A stretch of DNA of 64,000 bases from NCBI RefSeq assembly GCF_009914755.1, contig NC_060942.1; one strand, 5' to 3'. Positions 28,745 to 41,470 of the stretch are shown here, in pieces; the stretch's first letter is position 1; each line of letters begins with the position of its first letter. A model generated the notes under the pieces. The model did no database searches. It saw only the letters and a list, made by a program, of their open reading frames with translations, and was not told where the DNA came from. Source of the stretch: the human T2T-CHM13v2.0 reference genome, Homo sapiens. The position numbers and the translations under genes are program-made.

Positions 28745-29177
28745 TTATAGGGTTTGCAGGTGTGTCCCCACCTGAATTTCATATTGAAATGTTATCCCCA
28801 AGGCTGGAGGTGGGGCCTGGTGGGAAATGATTAGATCTTGGGGGTGGATTTCACATAAATGGTTTAGTACCATCCCCTTTGTGCTGTCCTCGTGGCAGGT
28901 GAATTCTCGTGAGATCTGGGTGTTTAAAAGTGTGTGGCACCTCACACTCTCTGTTGCTCTTGCTCCTGCTCCTGCCATATGAGAGGTCTGCTCCTCTTTC
29001 GCCTTCTGCCATGACTATAAGCATCCTGAGGCCTCCCCAGAATCTGAGCAGACGTCGACACCATGTTCAATCGTGTCCTCTACAACCTGCAGAACTGTGA
29101 GCCAATTAAACCTCTTTTCTTTATAAATGACCAGTCTCAGGTATTTCTTTATGGCAATGCAACAATGGCCTAATACA
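28745..29177 (+). mobile_element. MSTA/MSTB (MaLR) solo LTR
   Basis: GGAGGTGGGGCCTGGTGGGA...GCAGAACTGTGAGCCAATTAAACCTCTT...CTAATACA; TSD AACAC/AAGAC. Confidence 0.85.
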
Positions 29178-29840
29178 AAGACTGTTGATAAACTCATCTG
29201 AAATAATTTGTGTACACTCCTATGTTGTCAGCACGGTTTGCTTCTTTTAAATCATTGAAAAGTGGTGCTCAAACCTCATCAGTTTTTCAGCCCATCTAAC
29301 TTTGAGTTTTACCTGGATAGAGACACCTTTAGGAAAGACTCATGCGCTGCTGGTCACAGGTATCCACAGGTGACCAGTGCAGCTGTTCCACACCCCAGCA
29401 GTGGCCTCACGGGCTTTCAGGGGCTTCTCTGTAAGCCGTGCTGGAGAAACACTCTCATTCTCAGGAGGATCCTGGGCGTTTGCTGAGTGTAGTGATCTAC
29501 CTAGGAGCAATCGAGGATGTCTGACCCAGAGTCATTGTACTGCCTTTCAAGACCCCTGATCTGGTTGGCACCTCTGCTGAGAAGGCTCCACTCCCAAGGG
29601 AGTAGGGGCAGGGAGGGGCGGGCAGCCTTGCCTAGAGTCTAGGATCCAGTTCTCATTCTCCAGTCACCACGAGCCCCTGCCTGGGGAGCCAAGTGCTCAT
29701 CTTCTCAGTCCGAACATCCTTGCACCCTCTTTGCTGTGTCTGACAAGTTAGAAGCTAGACAGAGGGACTTTATTGTTAACTGCACATATGCAATTCACAT
29801 TGCAGATGAAACTGCTGGAAATGTTTATTTTTAAATATAG

Positions 29841-29938
29841 TTTTGTTTTTAAATAGAGACAGGGTCTCAGCATGTTGCCCAGGGTTTTTTCCAGCTCCTA
29901 GCCTCAAGCCATCCTCCCATCTCAGCCTCCCAAAATGC
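29841..29938 (-). mobile_element. FLAM/Alu monomer fragment
   Basis: AGAGACAGGGTCTC..ATGTTGCCCAGG...CTCAGCCTCCCAAAATGC. Confidence 0.7.
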
Positions 29939-30242
29939 AGTTTTTCAAATTTATTTTTGAAACAGTAATATAACGATATGGCCAAAAATGAACAAGAAGT
30001 GCCAGAGTATATTCTATACAGTGCAACTCAGTCTCCTCCCAGCCATATTTCCCAGAGGTCCTTCTACACTTTTCCAGAGTGAAGCTGTTGATAAACAAAC
30101 ACATATATGTTCTTTGTAAACCCAAGATGAGAGTGTATGATCATCTTCATTCTGCACATTTTTCCAATAAACAATGTCTCAGCAATCTTTCTGAATTAGT
30201 ATATATAATCCTACTCTCACTTTAAATGTTGGTACACTGTAA

Positions 30243-30662
<420 letters not shown>

Positions 30663-32259
30663 TAAAAATGAGAATGCTATGAATTTCCTTGTATCAATGG
30701 GAATAGATGTGTAGGGAAAATGCCTAGACATGGCTGGGCGTGTGTGTAAGGTGCATTATGATAGATATTGCCAAACTGTTCTGTGTGAAAGTTGTAGAAT
30801 CAAGTTTTCTTGCCAACAGCATATTAGAGGGGTCATTTGCTTTAATACACAAAGTTTATAAAATATTTTTAGTTTTACCTATTTGATAGTTGTTAGATTA
30901 ATTAGGTATAATAGTTGCATTTTATTATTAGTGAGGTTGACTATATTGACACGTGCTTAGACACAATCTCCTTCCTCTCTTGAAAATTGCTCACGTGTGT
31001 CGTATTAGGTTGTTAGCATTAACTTTCTTACTGGTTTGTATAAATACTTTTTAAATAGTAAGGACTGTAGCCTTTCCATATGTGTTGCAGATACTTTTCC
31101 CAGTTTGTTACTTGTATTTTGACATTTAGGTAATGCTGTTTTGCAGAGTAAAGGCTTGTTATTTATTGTAGTCAAATTGCACAATTTTATCTTTATAATT
31201 ACTAGGTTTTGTTTATCACCTGAAAGGCTTCCTGGTATATTGCTTAAATATTCATTGACAAAGATTTAGTTAAGCTTTCTGTCTTCCCAGTGCTCTTACA
31301 GCACCTGGAAAGATGTGAATTTCAAGGATTTATTAAAATGACTGCTTTTGTTTTACTCCAGATAAAACCGAATCAGTTTGAACCCTACAGAGGAGCCCAG
31401 AATGATTTCTCTTTGTCTCAGAGGCCTGCCTTTCTCTCTCTGTCTCAGAGGTTTGCCTCCACCTCCCCTGAACCTTGGCCCAGAAGTTTGCCTTCTCTCT
31501 CTTCCTTCCCCCTTCTTAGTGGCCTCTGAACCCAAGAATCTGTCCTGGAAGCCAAATGGAAATTCTACACAGAAGCCCGTGTAAGTCTTAGCAGCAATGT
31601 TGTACTCGTTTTCTTCTTTAAAATTAATGAATACACAGCCAGAGGTTTATTATGCCACACACATTGTGTTCACCACTCTTCATGATTAAAAGTCTCACTT
31701 CTGGGGTCCAGGACAACTTCCTAAATTCATCACCGGGAACTGCATTGCAACATTGCTGATTCTGGCCCTATGATTAATTCTACAGCTTTTGAAGAAACCC
31801 AAACTGGACAGACAGTTACTGAATTTTTGTAATGTCCGAGGCTTCCAGGAGGAGTGACACATATCTCTGCTGGATGAGCTCACAGTTCCAATGAGAAGAT
31901 ACAAGCTGAAAGATTGCAGCAGAACTGGGAAGTGAAAGCACGGAGAGGCTGTGGGACATGGAGGAGGGGCGGTAAGATTGAGAAAGAGGTAACAGTTGGG
32001 GTGACTTTGGACCTGAGACCTGGGCAGGCATAAGAAGTCTCACTCTCTATTCCATTCTTGGCAGGGGATGTTTCTTTGTACCAGGTAGCTTTGCGCTTGT
32101 TTTGTTCCATAAAAGTAAATCTCTGTTCACTAAGGAATTATGGTAGTGAATGGTGACTCTCCGGAATTATAGGGCTAATTCCAAAATAATCTTAGTTTTA
32201 TTCCCCCACATTGTAATATTAACACTTGGGAATTTTGTTTATCGCGATGTTTAATAATT

Positions 32260-32278
32260 TGGCCAGCAGAGGGCACTG
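32260..32278 (+). promoter_or_regulatory. CTCF motif
   Basis: TGGCCAGCAGAGGGCACTG matches the CTCF core CCASYAGRKGGCRS. Confidence 0.7.
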
Positions 32279-33654
32279 CATACTGACAATCTCTCCACAC
32301 CAGTCGCTCAAATCCTCAAGAGTTCCCGAAGTGTTAGGCTTAACTCAGGGGTGTTTGCAAGTGCTTTGCTCTTCTGTTTCAGACATAAACATATGTCAGA
32401 AATTAAAAGAGGGTTGTGAAGCAGGAAATTAGATTAACAGTAGCATATAATTTCCCTCTATTTGTTAATAAAGAGAAAAAATATTGGTATGTACACCCAT
32501 GTCTACAGGGTTTTAAATGTAGCTGTATTAATTAATGTATTAATAATATGATAACACTACTTCTTGCATAAATCAACATAACTTCTAAATTCTCTTTGAA
32601 AATATTTTTGGTTTTATATTGTGGTTTAATTCTCAATCATAAACTAGAAAGTAAAAAAACCTGATGCCTAATGTTATACTTTCTTTCAAACCTTAAGATA
32701 GATATTATTGTTTGAATAGTATCAAAATATTGTGGTTCTGCACAAATGCTTTTTATAACTTCTTACGATGATATTTTAATTTCTATTTCCACATATGGAT
32801 ATGAGTATTCGAAAACATTTGACGCACAATTTTCTTCTCTTCATCTCCCCATTATAAAAATGTAAAGGTGTGTTTTAAAACCCGTTTGCTCTTGGTTAAA
32901 CTTGACAATGTGGAGACCCCTTTGTTAGCTGGTCCTATGAGTTAATGCACAGCCTTTGTGTTTTTCATTTAAGGAATAAACTAAACTGGTACCATCCAAT
33001 GCTACTGACTTGATTTGCCATAGCCCATCTCTATGATGTAAATATGGATTCCCTGGCATTTGCAGAGTTAAGACAGTCTCCTGGGATCAAAGCCTGCATC
33101 ACATAAATACAGGAGAAAAGCTACTAAAAATTTCTTACAGTAGGAAAACACTCAAGAAGGTTTTTATATTAAAAATCCCTTATCCCAAAAACTGTAGGCT
33201 GTGTTCTGATGATGTATTACTAATTTATCAGATATATTTAATGACAGTCTGTAACATGTTCCTACTAAGTGAAGGAATGGTGCTCTGATAAGCACTGGGC
33301 AGAATTGAAGAAGTATGACATTCTCTGATCACTTAATCCATGCTCAATTTGACTAGCAATTTTATTTAGGTTTATTGCTTGCTATATAATATACTTAGTT
33401 GTATAAGTAAGATACAGATTAATAGTATTTAAATATTACTTTGGAAGCTTTTAAGGGAAATAATTCTAATTCTGAATAATACTAAATAGCTCTGCAGCAT
33501 GTTGGGATTTAAATATAGATTCAGTCACTACTGTAGATTAAGTCATGATTTGTCTTTTAAAATTGGAAAGCGAGTTAACTTTTGCCCATTGGTTCTCTTT
33601 GCAGTGAGTGACCGCCTGGGTACCTGTGGGCATCTGCATTCCACATTGTGTCTG

Positions 33655-33673
33655 CAGTGCCCTCTTGTGGCCA
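33655..33673 (-). promoter_or_regulatory. CTCF motif
   Basis: Reverse complement TGGCCACAAGAGGGCACTG is a close match to the CTCF core. Confidence 0.65.
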
Positions 33674-34224
33674 TGCATCTTTATGCAGATAGAGTCTTCC
33701 TCTACTACTATCTTTTGGGGCTTCTTCCATTTCGCTTTGCATTGGTGAGGCTACTGGAATAGGACTTACTTGAGCCCGGTTCATTATCTACAAGTAGGAT
33801 ATTGGTACCAGACAGCACTAGGAAGACTAATACAATCTTGGAGGAGGTACATCATAGCTTGATGTTCTAAAGATTAGCTTTAAGTCATTACATTTTTGGT
33901 CATTTATTTAAAGTGATTATTCCTCATAAAATATGGTTATTATCAAAGAGCCTTTCTCCATTTGTCTCAGATCAACAATGACTGGTAAGAGGTTCAGTAC
34001 AGAAGAGTCATCATATACAGTCCTAACCACCTCTGGCCTGATCTATTTTACACTGGGGCATGACTGGCATTGACTCCAGTCTTCCACGGCCTAAATAAGA
34101 TTAGTACTCTGAACACAGTAAGAACTTTGTGATTCCACCTCAGTTCCACCCAAGGCAAGGGGAATACTTCCCCCATTTCACAGACGTTTATATGGTGTCT
34201 TTTAGGGAAGAGGCAAAACACAGA

Positions 34225-34410
34225 TTGTTATGGTTAAGACCTGAGTTCTGTAGTCAAACCTAGGCCAGCCCATAGCAAACTTTGTGAATCCAGGCAAAGA
34301 ATTCAACTTTACTGCCTTCATTTAATCATCTGCATACTGGGGAGAGTAACAGGTTGCTCTGAAGATTAAGTGCCAACAGGCCTGTGAAACATTGAACAGT
34401 CATTATTAGT
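34225..34410 (+). mobile_element. MIR SINE (degraded)
   Basis: TGGTTAAGA..CTGTAGTCAAAC...TGTGAATCCAGGCAA...TCATCTGCATACTGGGG...GAAGATTAAGTG. Confidence 0.55.
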
Positions 34411-34464
34411 TACTGGTGCTAAAATGCAATTGGTGCTAAAATGGGACTTTCCTATACATTTTTT

Positions 34465-35010
34465 GATTTTAAATTAATAGACTTTAGTTTTTAGAACCAT
34501 TTTAGGTTTACAGAAACATTGAACAAATAGTACAGAGATTTGTCATCTATTCTTCCTTGTACAGTTTCTTCTATTAACATCTTCCACTAATATGAGACAT
34601 TTGTTATAATTCATGAACAAATATTAATACATGGTTATTAACTAAAGTCCATAGTTTACTCTGGGTGTTGTATACTCTGTGGGTTTTGACGTGACTAATG
34701 ACATATATCCACCACTGTACAGAATATTTTCATTGCCCTAAAAATCCTCTGTGTTCTGCCTGTTCATCCCTGCCTCTCTGCTGCTCCTGGCAGCCCCTGG
34801 TCCTTTTACTCTCTGGATAGTTTTGCCTTTTCCTGAATATTGTACAGTTGGAGTCATGCAGGATAAAGGCCTTTCTGGCTGCCTCCCTTCATTTAGAAAT
34901 TTGCATTTAAGTTTCCTCCATGTCTTTTCGTGGGTTGATAGCTAATTTCTTGTTATTTTTGAATAATATTTCATTGTCTGGCTGTACCACAGTCTGTCCA
35001 CTCACCTTTA
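34465..35010 (-). mobile_element. L1MC1/2-like 3' end
   Basis: TAGACTTTA.TTTTTAGA..ATTTTAGGTTTACAGAAA.ATTGA...TATTAACTAAAGTCCATAGTTTAC. Confidence 0.75.
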
Positions 35011-35936
35011 TTCCTATAGTATTTTAACTGCTTCCTTTCCTGTGGGCCCACTACTGTGAACCAATGGAGGAAGAATGCTGCAGTACATCCAGTACTATAG
35101 CCTTAGAATCTGGGACAATACTCGTTAAATAATAGCTCTTCAATAAGTATTTGTCCAAGTAAGAGAAGTTGAAAGAAAGAACTTTTGAATTGGCCACAGT
35201 AGCATTTATTTTGGTAGTGGTGCTAAGGGACAGGGCTTCCAAAGGGCTGTCAAAAGTGATTCCAGTTATTAGTCTGCTTTCTTTTTGGAACCTGAAGGGC
35301 TTGGTGATCCTGGGAGCACACTCCCTGCTGCGGAGCCTACGGTGCAGCAACACACTTCCCAGGGAGCTGCACTGGGCCACGGACACGCGTCAGTGGGCAT
35401 GCCAGCTGGACGTGTATTTCCAGCCGTTCTAGCAACTTCTGCTGTCAGGAGGGACCCCTGTGTTCCTCGGAAGATGGCTCAGTGGTGACTGTCATATCTC
35501 TGCCTAGAGAAGAGTTAGTGTGCTCGGGGGATGTGGAGAAGAACTGGCATAGGATGTGATCAGTCATAGTTCCCTGGGGATCCTTATAAATCCATCTGTA
35601 AACCATCGAGTGTTTATGGATAAAATCATGGCAGTAAAGTATTTATTATTTAATGACTGCTGCAGGGGAAGTTTTAGAATTTTCACTGGCAAGGTAAGGG
35701 AGTATAATTTGTGTTGTAGGTGGTGGTGAAGGTTACTCCTAAAATCAACATTATAAGCTTAAAAAAAAAGAGAAAGGAAGAATAGTGTTTGGTATAAAAG
35801 TGACCTGAAAGAAAACTGTCTGAAAGGTTTTTGTTAACAGAGGAAAAATGTTTCTTCCATGGACTCATGTGTTCAGAGAAATTGTTCAATTCAAGGAGAG
35901 AAAAAGATTCAATATACAATTATTCTTACTCAATTG

Positions 35937-36812
<876 letters not shown>

Positions 36813-36883
36813 CCCATGTGTGGGTTAGGGATGTCAAAGGGAGAGTAGCATGTGGAGGCTAATAAATTAAAAATAATTAAATG

Positions 36884-37218
<335 letters not shown>

Positions 37219-39533
37219 TTATAAGAGGCAGCCTACATTTAAGGAACAGTTCCACTGTGCTCTCTGAGTCACTTTCTTTGAACTTCATCATGGAGTATTC
37301 ATAAGAGGCACACAGCTCACCCACCAGGGCAAATGAAGGGAAAAGTTCCAAAGAGGTGCTTCATGCCCCATAGCAGGTAATTTCTGAGCAGTGAATGTTT
37401 AGCGTCCCAGACATGAAATTTTAAATTTGGTTTTATACAAGGGTCCCAGGTACCTTCATACACCCACATATTTTTTAGCAAGCTTGTGCATGTGGGCCAC
37501 AAAGCACAGAATGATTTCTTTCTGCAGACTAGATATGGAGTTTTTATTTATTTTTAATAATTTATTTTATCCTCTGGTGGGATTTTGTATATACTAGTGG
37601 ATATTCTCCAAAGGCACATACACACAGAGGACATATTTACATGATAATTGCTCAGGTAGACAGGTGTGATGCTTGTACTCATTGAATATGGTGTGACTAA
37701 TTTATTCCATCATGTCAAAGATCACTGTTGATACGAAGTTCTATTTATTGTCTTTGAGTGTGTTTTATACTATGCTGGGTTATCTGATTTTTATTTTTAT
37801 TCCTGGGCATTGCTCTATTTTCTTCCAAGGGCCCACCAAATGAGATAGAGGTAAATGTCTAGGTCTGTATTCTCAGATTTTGCTACAGAAAATTATGTAT
37901 TTTCTAGATTTTCTTTCCAGAGACCCTTAAGACCAAAACTGTGGTTTCTAATTGCACCACTTGTTCTTAATGTTTGGCCACTCATTTACTCCCATAAGGG
38001 TTTCCCTCTTCACTGAGAATAAATAGCCAAACCCCTGATTTGTCTCTTTCTTGCAAAGGTGGGTTAGAGTGGGGTGGTCCAGTACACGACTCTAGGAGTG
38101 AAGGAGCTGGCCTCACTCTTAAAATTGCAAGTGCTTTTTCCTATTTCCACTCAGTGGCTATGAGATCTGCAGCTCTCAGCCCCTGCCTGTGTGGCACCAT
38201 CGTGACTCTGCCGAGCGTTCCCATCCAGTGTGGGGAAGGCAAGATTTAGGCCAGTTGTTAAAATCCTGATGAGAGTTAATGCATGCCGAACAGGGATTTA
38301 CATTCTAGCTTGAGAGTCATTAAAAATGAATGCTATGCTGAGCTATTTTATCTTGGCTTTTGGATTTGGAAAAGCCTCTAATAAAAGCCTCTAAGAAAGA
38401 CTATGAATAACTTGAAAGTCCCTTCGTATTCATAATAGATATTTTGCAGCAAAGAATTTCCAATGTCCAGTTATAATCAGTGACCAATAGTCAGCCACCA
38501 GGGTGGGAATTATTACTCTCTGTGACTTCTCAGGCATCTGCTTAACCTGGGTAGGCAGAAAATGAGAATGTTTTATGTCAGTAAATTAAATCTGTTGCAG
38601 ACAGATCAGCCATTTATGGTAGATGACAAGCCTTAGTCATCGTTTACTGTCAATAATAATATTGTAAGTATGTAGTGGGGATGGTGGGGGCTGTGATGTG
38701 TGTCAGTATCTCTATAATAGACTTCTCTCTAAGATGCAAGTATCCAGAGATACGTTTGGCAGATAATAGGTTCAGTTTTATGAGCTTTATTGTTATCTTG
38801 GTGATGTGCTGATACCTAAAATCTCAGCATAGGCATAGCTGCAGCAACTGGAACTGCCTGGGGTTATAGATTGCTAAATGTAATTATTCAAGCACAGTTG
38901 TGTTGACAGGTGACTTCAGAAATATAGAGATTCTAATCATGGCTCTGCAAAGTTTGGTGGAGATTGCTCCTTGAATAAATAAAATATAAAATTTATACTG
39001 ATATCGTGTAAATGAGCTTCTAAGAAAGAGCCCTATTAATGAGAAGAAAGCACATTGCATTAGAGGTCAGATGTACTACTTTTAAAATATCTGAGACAGA
39101 AGAAGAAGAATTTTGCAAGCATTCATGGAGAGCATTTTTTGGATGTCACTTTAGGTTACTGGTGAGCACTGAAATAATTGAAATCCATTTCTGACTTCAC
39201 AGATTGAATGAAATTACTTAAACAACACACATGTAGACAAAAAAAAGCCTCTGATTGAATATAAGCCCTATGTAAACAAAGAATGTTAGTTTAGGAGACT
39301 AGAAATTCATGTAAAAATATTCTTTTTAATCCTTGGGCTCATTAAAGGGAGCTAAATTGTGCCAGATTAACTGAATCCGGTATTTGGGGTATCCAGGCCA
39401 TCTAAATCTCTCCCTCTACTCAATTGGGGCTTCCGCCTGCTAAGGAGGGGGAGTAGGGACTCAAAATATATCCAATATATTAAATAAAATATTCATTATA
39501 ATTTATATAACTTGAAATTTAGTGCTCTTCCAA

Positions 39534-40405
39534 CAGAGTTGCTAGATTTAGCAAGTAAAATTACAGGATGCCCATTAAAATTGAATTTCAAATCAACAAA
39601 GAATATTTCTTTTCACTTTTAATAAAGTTTATTTTTTAGAGCAGTTTTGGGTTCCCTGTAAAACTGAGCAGAAAATACAGAAGAGTTCCTATATAACTCC
39701 TGACCACCCTCCTCCCTCATATCTGCATCCCCCACCAGCAGAGTGGTACATGTGTTATAATTCATGAAACTATATTGACACATCATTATCACCCAAAGTC
39801 CACAGGTTACATTACAATTCACTCTTGGTGTTGTACTTTTGGTGTTGTATGGGTTTTGAGAAATGTATAATGATATGTGTCCACCATTATAGTATCATAC
39901 AGAGTATTTTCACAGTCATAATGATCTGTGAATCTCTGCTTATTCATCCCCCTCTCCCTTAAACTCCTGGCAACCACTGATCTTCTTACTGCCTCCATAG
40001 TTTTTCCTTTCCCAGAATGTTGTAAAGTTGGAATTGTACAGTATGCAGTCTTTTCAGATTGGTTACTTTCACTTAGTAATGTGCCTTTAAGTTTCTTTCA
40101 TATCTTTCCATGTCTTCATAGCCCATTTCTTTTTAGCCCTGAATCCTATTAATATTCCATTGTCTAGATGTACCACAGTTGACTTACTCATTCACCTGGT
40201 GAAGGACATCTTGCTTGCTTCCAAGTTTTGGAATTAAGAATAGAGCTGCTATAAACATCTGTGTGCAGATTTTGGTGTGGACGTAAGCTTTAAATTCATT
40301 TGGGCAAATGCCTAGGCGTTTGAATGCTGGATTATATGGTAAGAGTGTGTTTCCCTTTGTAGGAATATTTTTTTTCAGTTTAAGTATGTCCGTAGTGTTG
40401 CATGA
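39534..40405. mobile_element. MER53 (hAT MITE) left half, split by an antisense L1MC 3' fragment (~39613-40362)
   Basis: GTTGCTAGATTTAGCAAGTAAAATTACAGGATGCCCATTAAAATTGAATTTCA resumes after the L1 as TTTTCAGTTTAAGTATGTCC; TSD GAATATTT(C/T)T at 39601 and 40363. Confidence 0.75.
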
Positions 40406-40929
40406 CATCCCTCCCTGCCAAAGATGGAGTGGCTTCCTGCAGTGCAGTGCGTGCAGAAGTCACAACATTTCTAGTCATGGTTGTGACCAATAGGGTAAAC
40501 TTTTACATTTCTATCTGCCCCTCCAGTTGGGGTAACTCACCCCTACCCACTGGCTGGATACCTTGGCAGCCAATGGGGCTAGAAGGAGCCAGAGACCCCA
40601 ATCGAGGATGGCTGGGCCAAGACACATTCTTGATCCTGGTTGTGCCAGCCACCCTTAAAATCCCTACTGGACTTGGTGCTGTGGGCTTAGAGGTGCCCTA
40701 AGTTCCAGAACTGCCTCTGGGCTTCTTGCCTTTTCTCTCATTCTCCTTCTGTACCATGCTGCTTTCTGGTGCCCAGGCGTTGTTCCTGCTGCTGCTGACT
40801 TTGTTCCCCTGAGCTGCTGGGTTCCGATGATACCAAAGATTCCTCAAGGTGGGCTGAAGCCTTCAGGATTGAGGCCCACGGTCTGGAAGGCATGAGCCCT
40901 TCTCCGTGGAGCTGTTTGAGGTCAGAAGG

Positions 40930-41470
40930 AAAAGCAGCCCCTCCTGTGTCAGGGCGATGGCAGTGCCGGGTGTTGCACAGGCTGGGTTCGGCATAACCAC
41001 TTCCGCTTCCCTGCCAAGATCGCTGTCGCTCAGCCAGTTCTTGAGGCGAGGCTCCAAAGCGGTGGCGTCAAAGCTGGCTGCTCAGTGGAGGCCCCTAGGG
41101 AGCTGTGAACGCCCCCGTGGGCAGGCCTCATCAGGCTCAGTAAGTCAGGAGGCTCAAGGTCGCCGCAGGCAGGGGTATTCTGAGTCTCTGAGGGCGGAAC
41201 CCCTGGTCTCCGGGGAGCTGCCGCTGGGCCCCAGCTGGGGGCACCATGGAAGGCATTTCCGCCCCGGGCACTTTGCCTAGCCGGCTGTCCCCGAAGCCAC
41301 AGCCTTCTCACTTCCGGGAGTCGAGGCCCTAGGCTGACCTCAGGTGCTAGGGTGCGTCCCTGGCCGCCGTGGGGCCCATTACCTGACGCGGAGCAGCCGT
41401 GGGCGCCGTGCGTGCCGGTTCCCTGCGTGCCTGGACCCAGAATGGACCAGGCTGGAGTGCGACGGTGATT
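40930..41470. promoter_or_regulatory. CpG-island-like promoter candidate 2
   Basis: GC/CpG-rich unique sequence; ETS motifs CACTTCCGC (40998-41006) and CACTTCCGG (41309-41317); CRE half-site TGACG at 41384-41388; donor-like TCA|GTAAGT (+, 41140) and CAG|GTAATG (-, 41385-41377). Confidence 0.65.
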
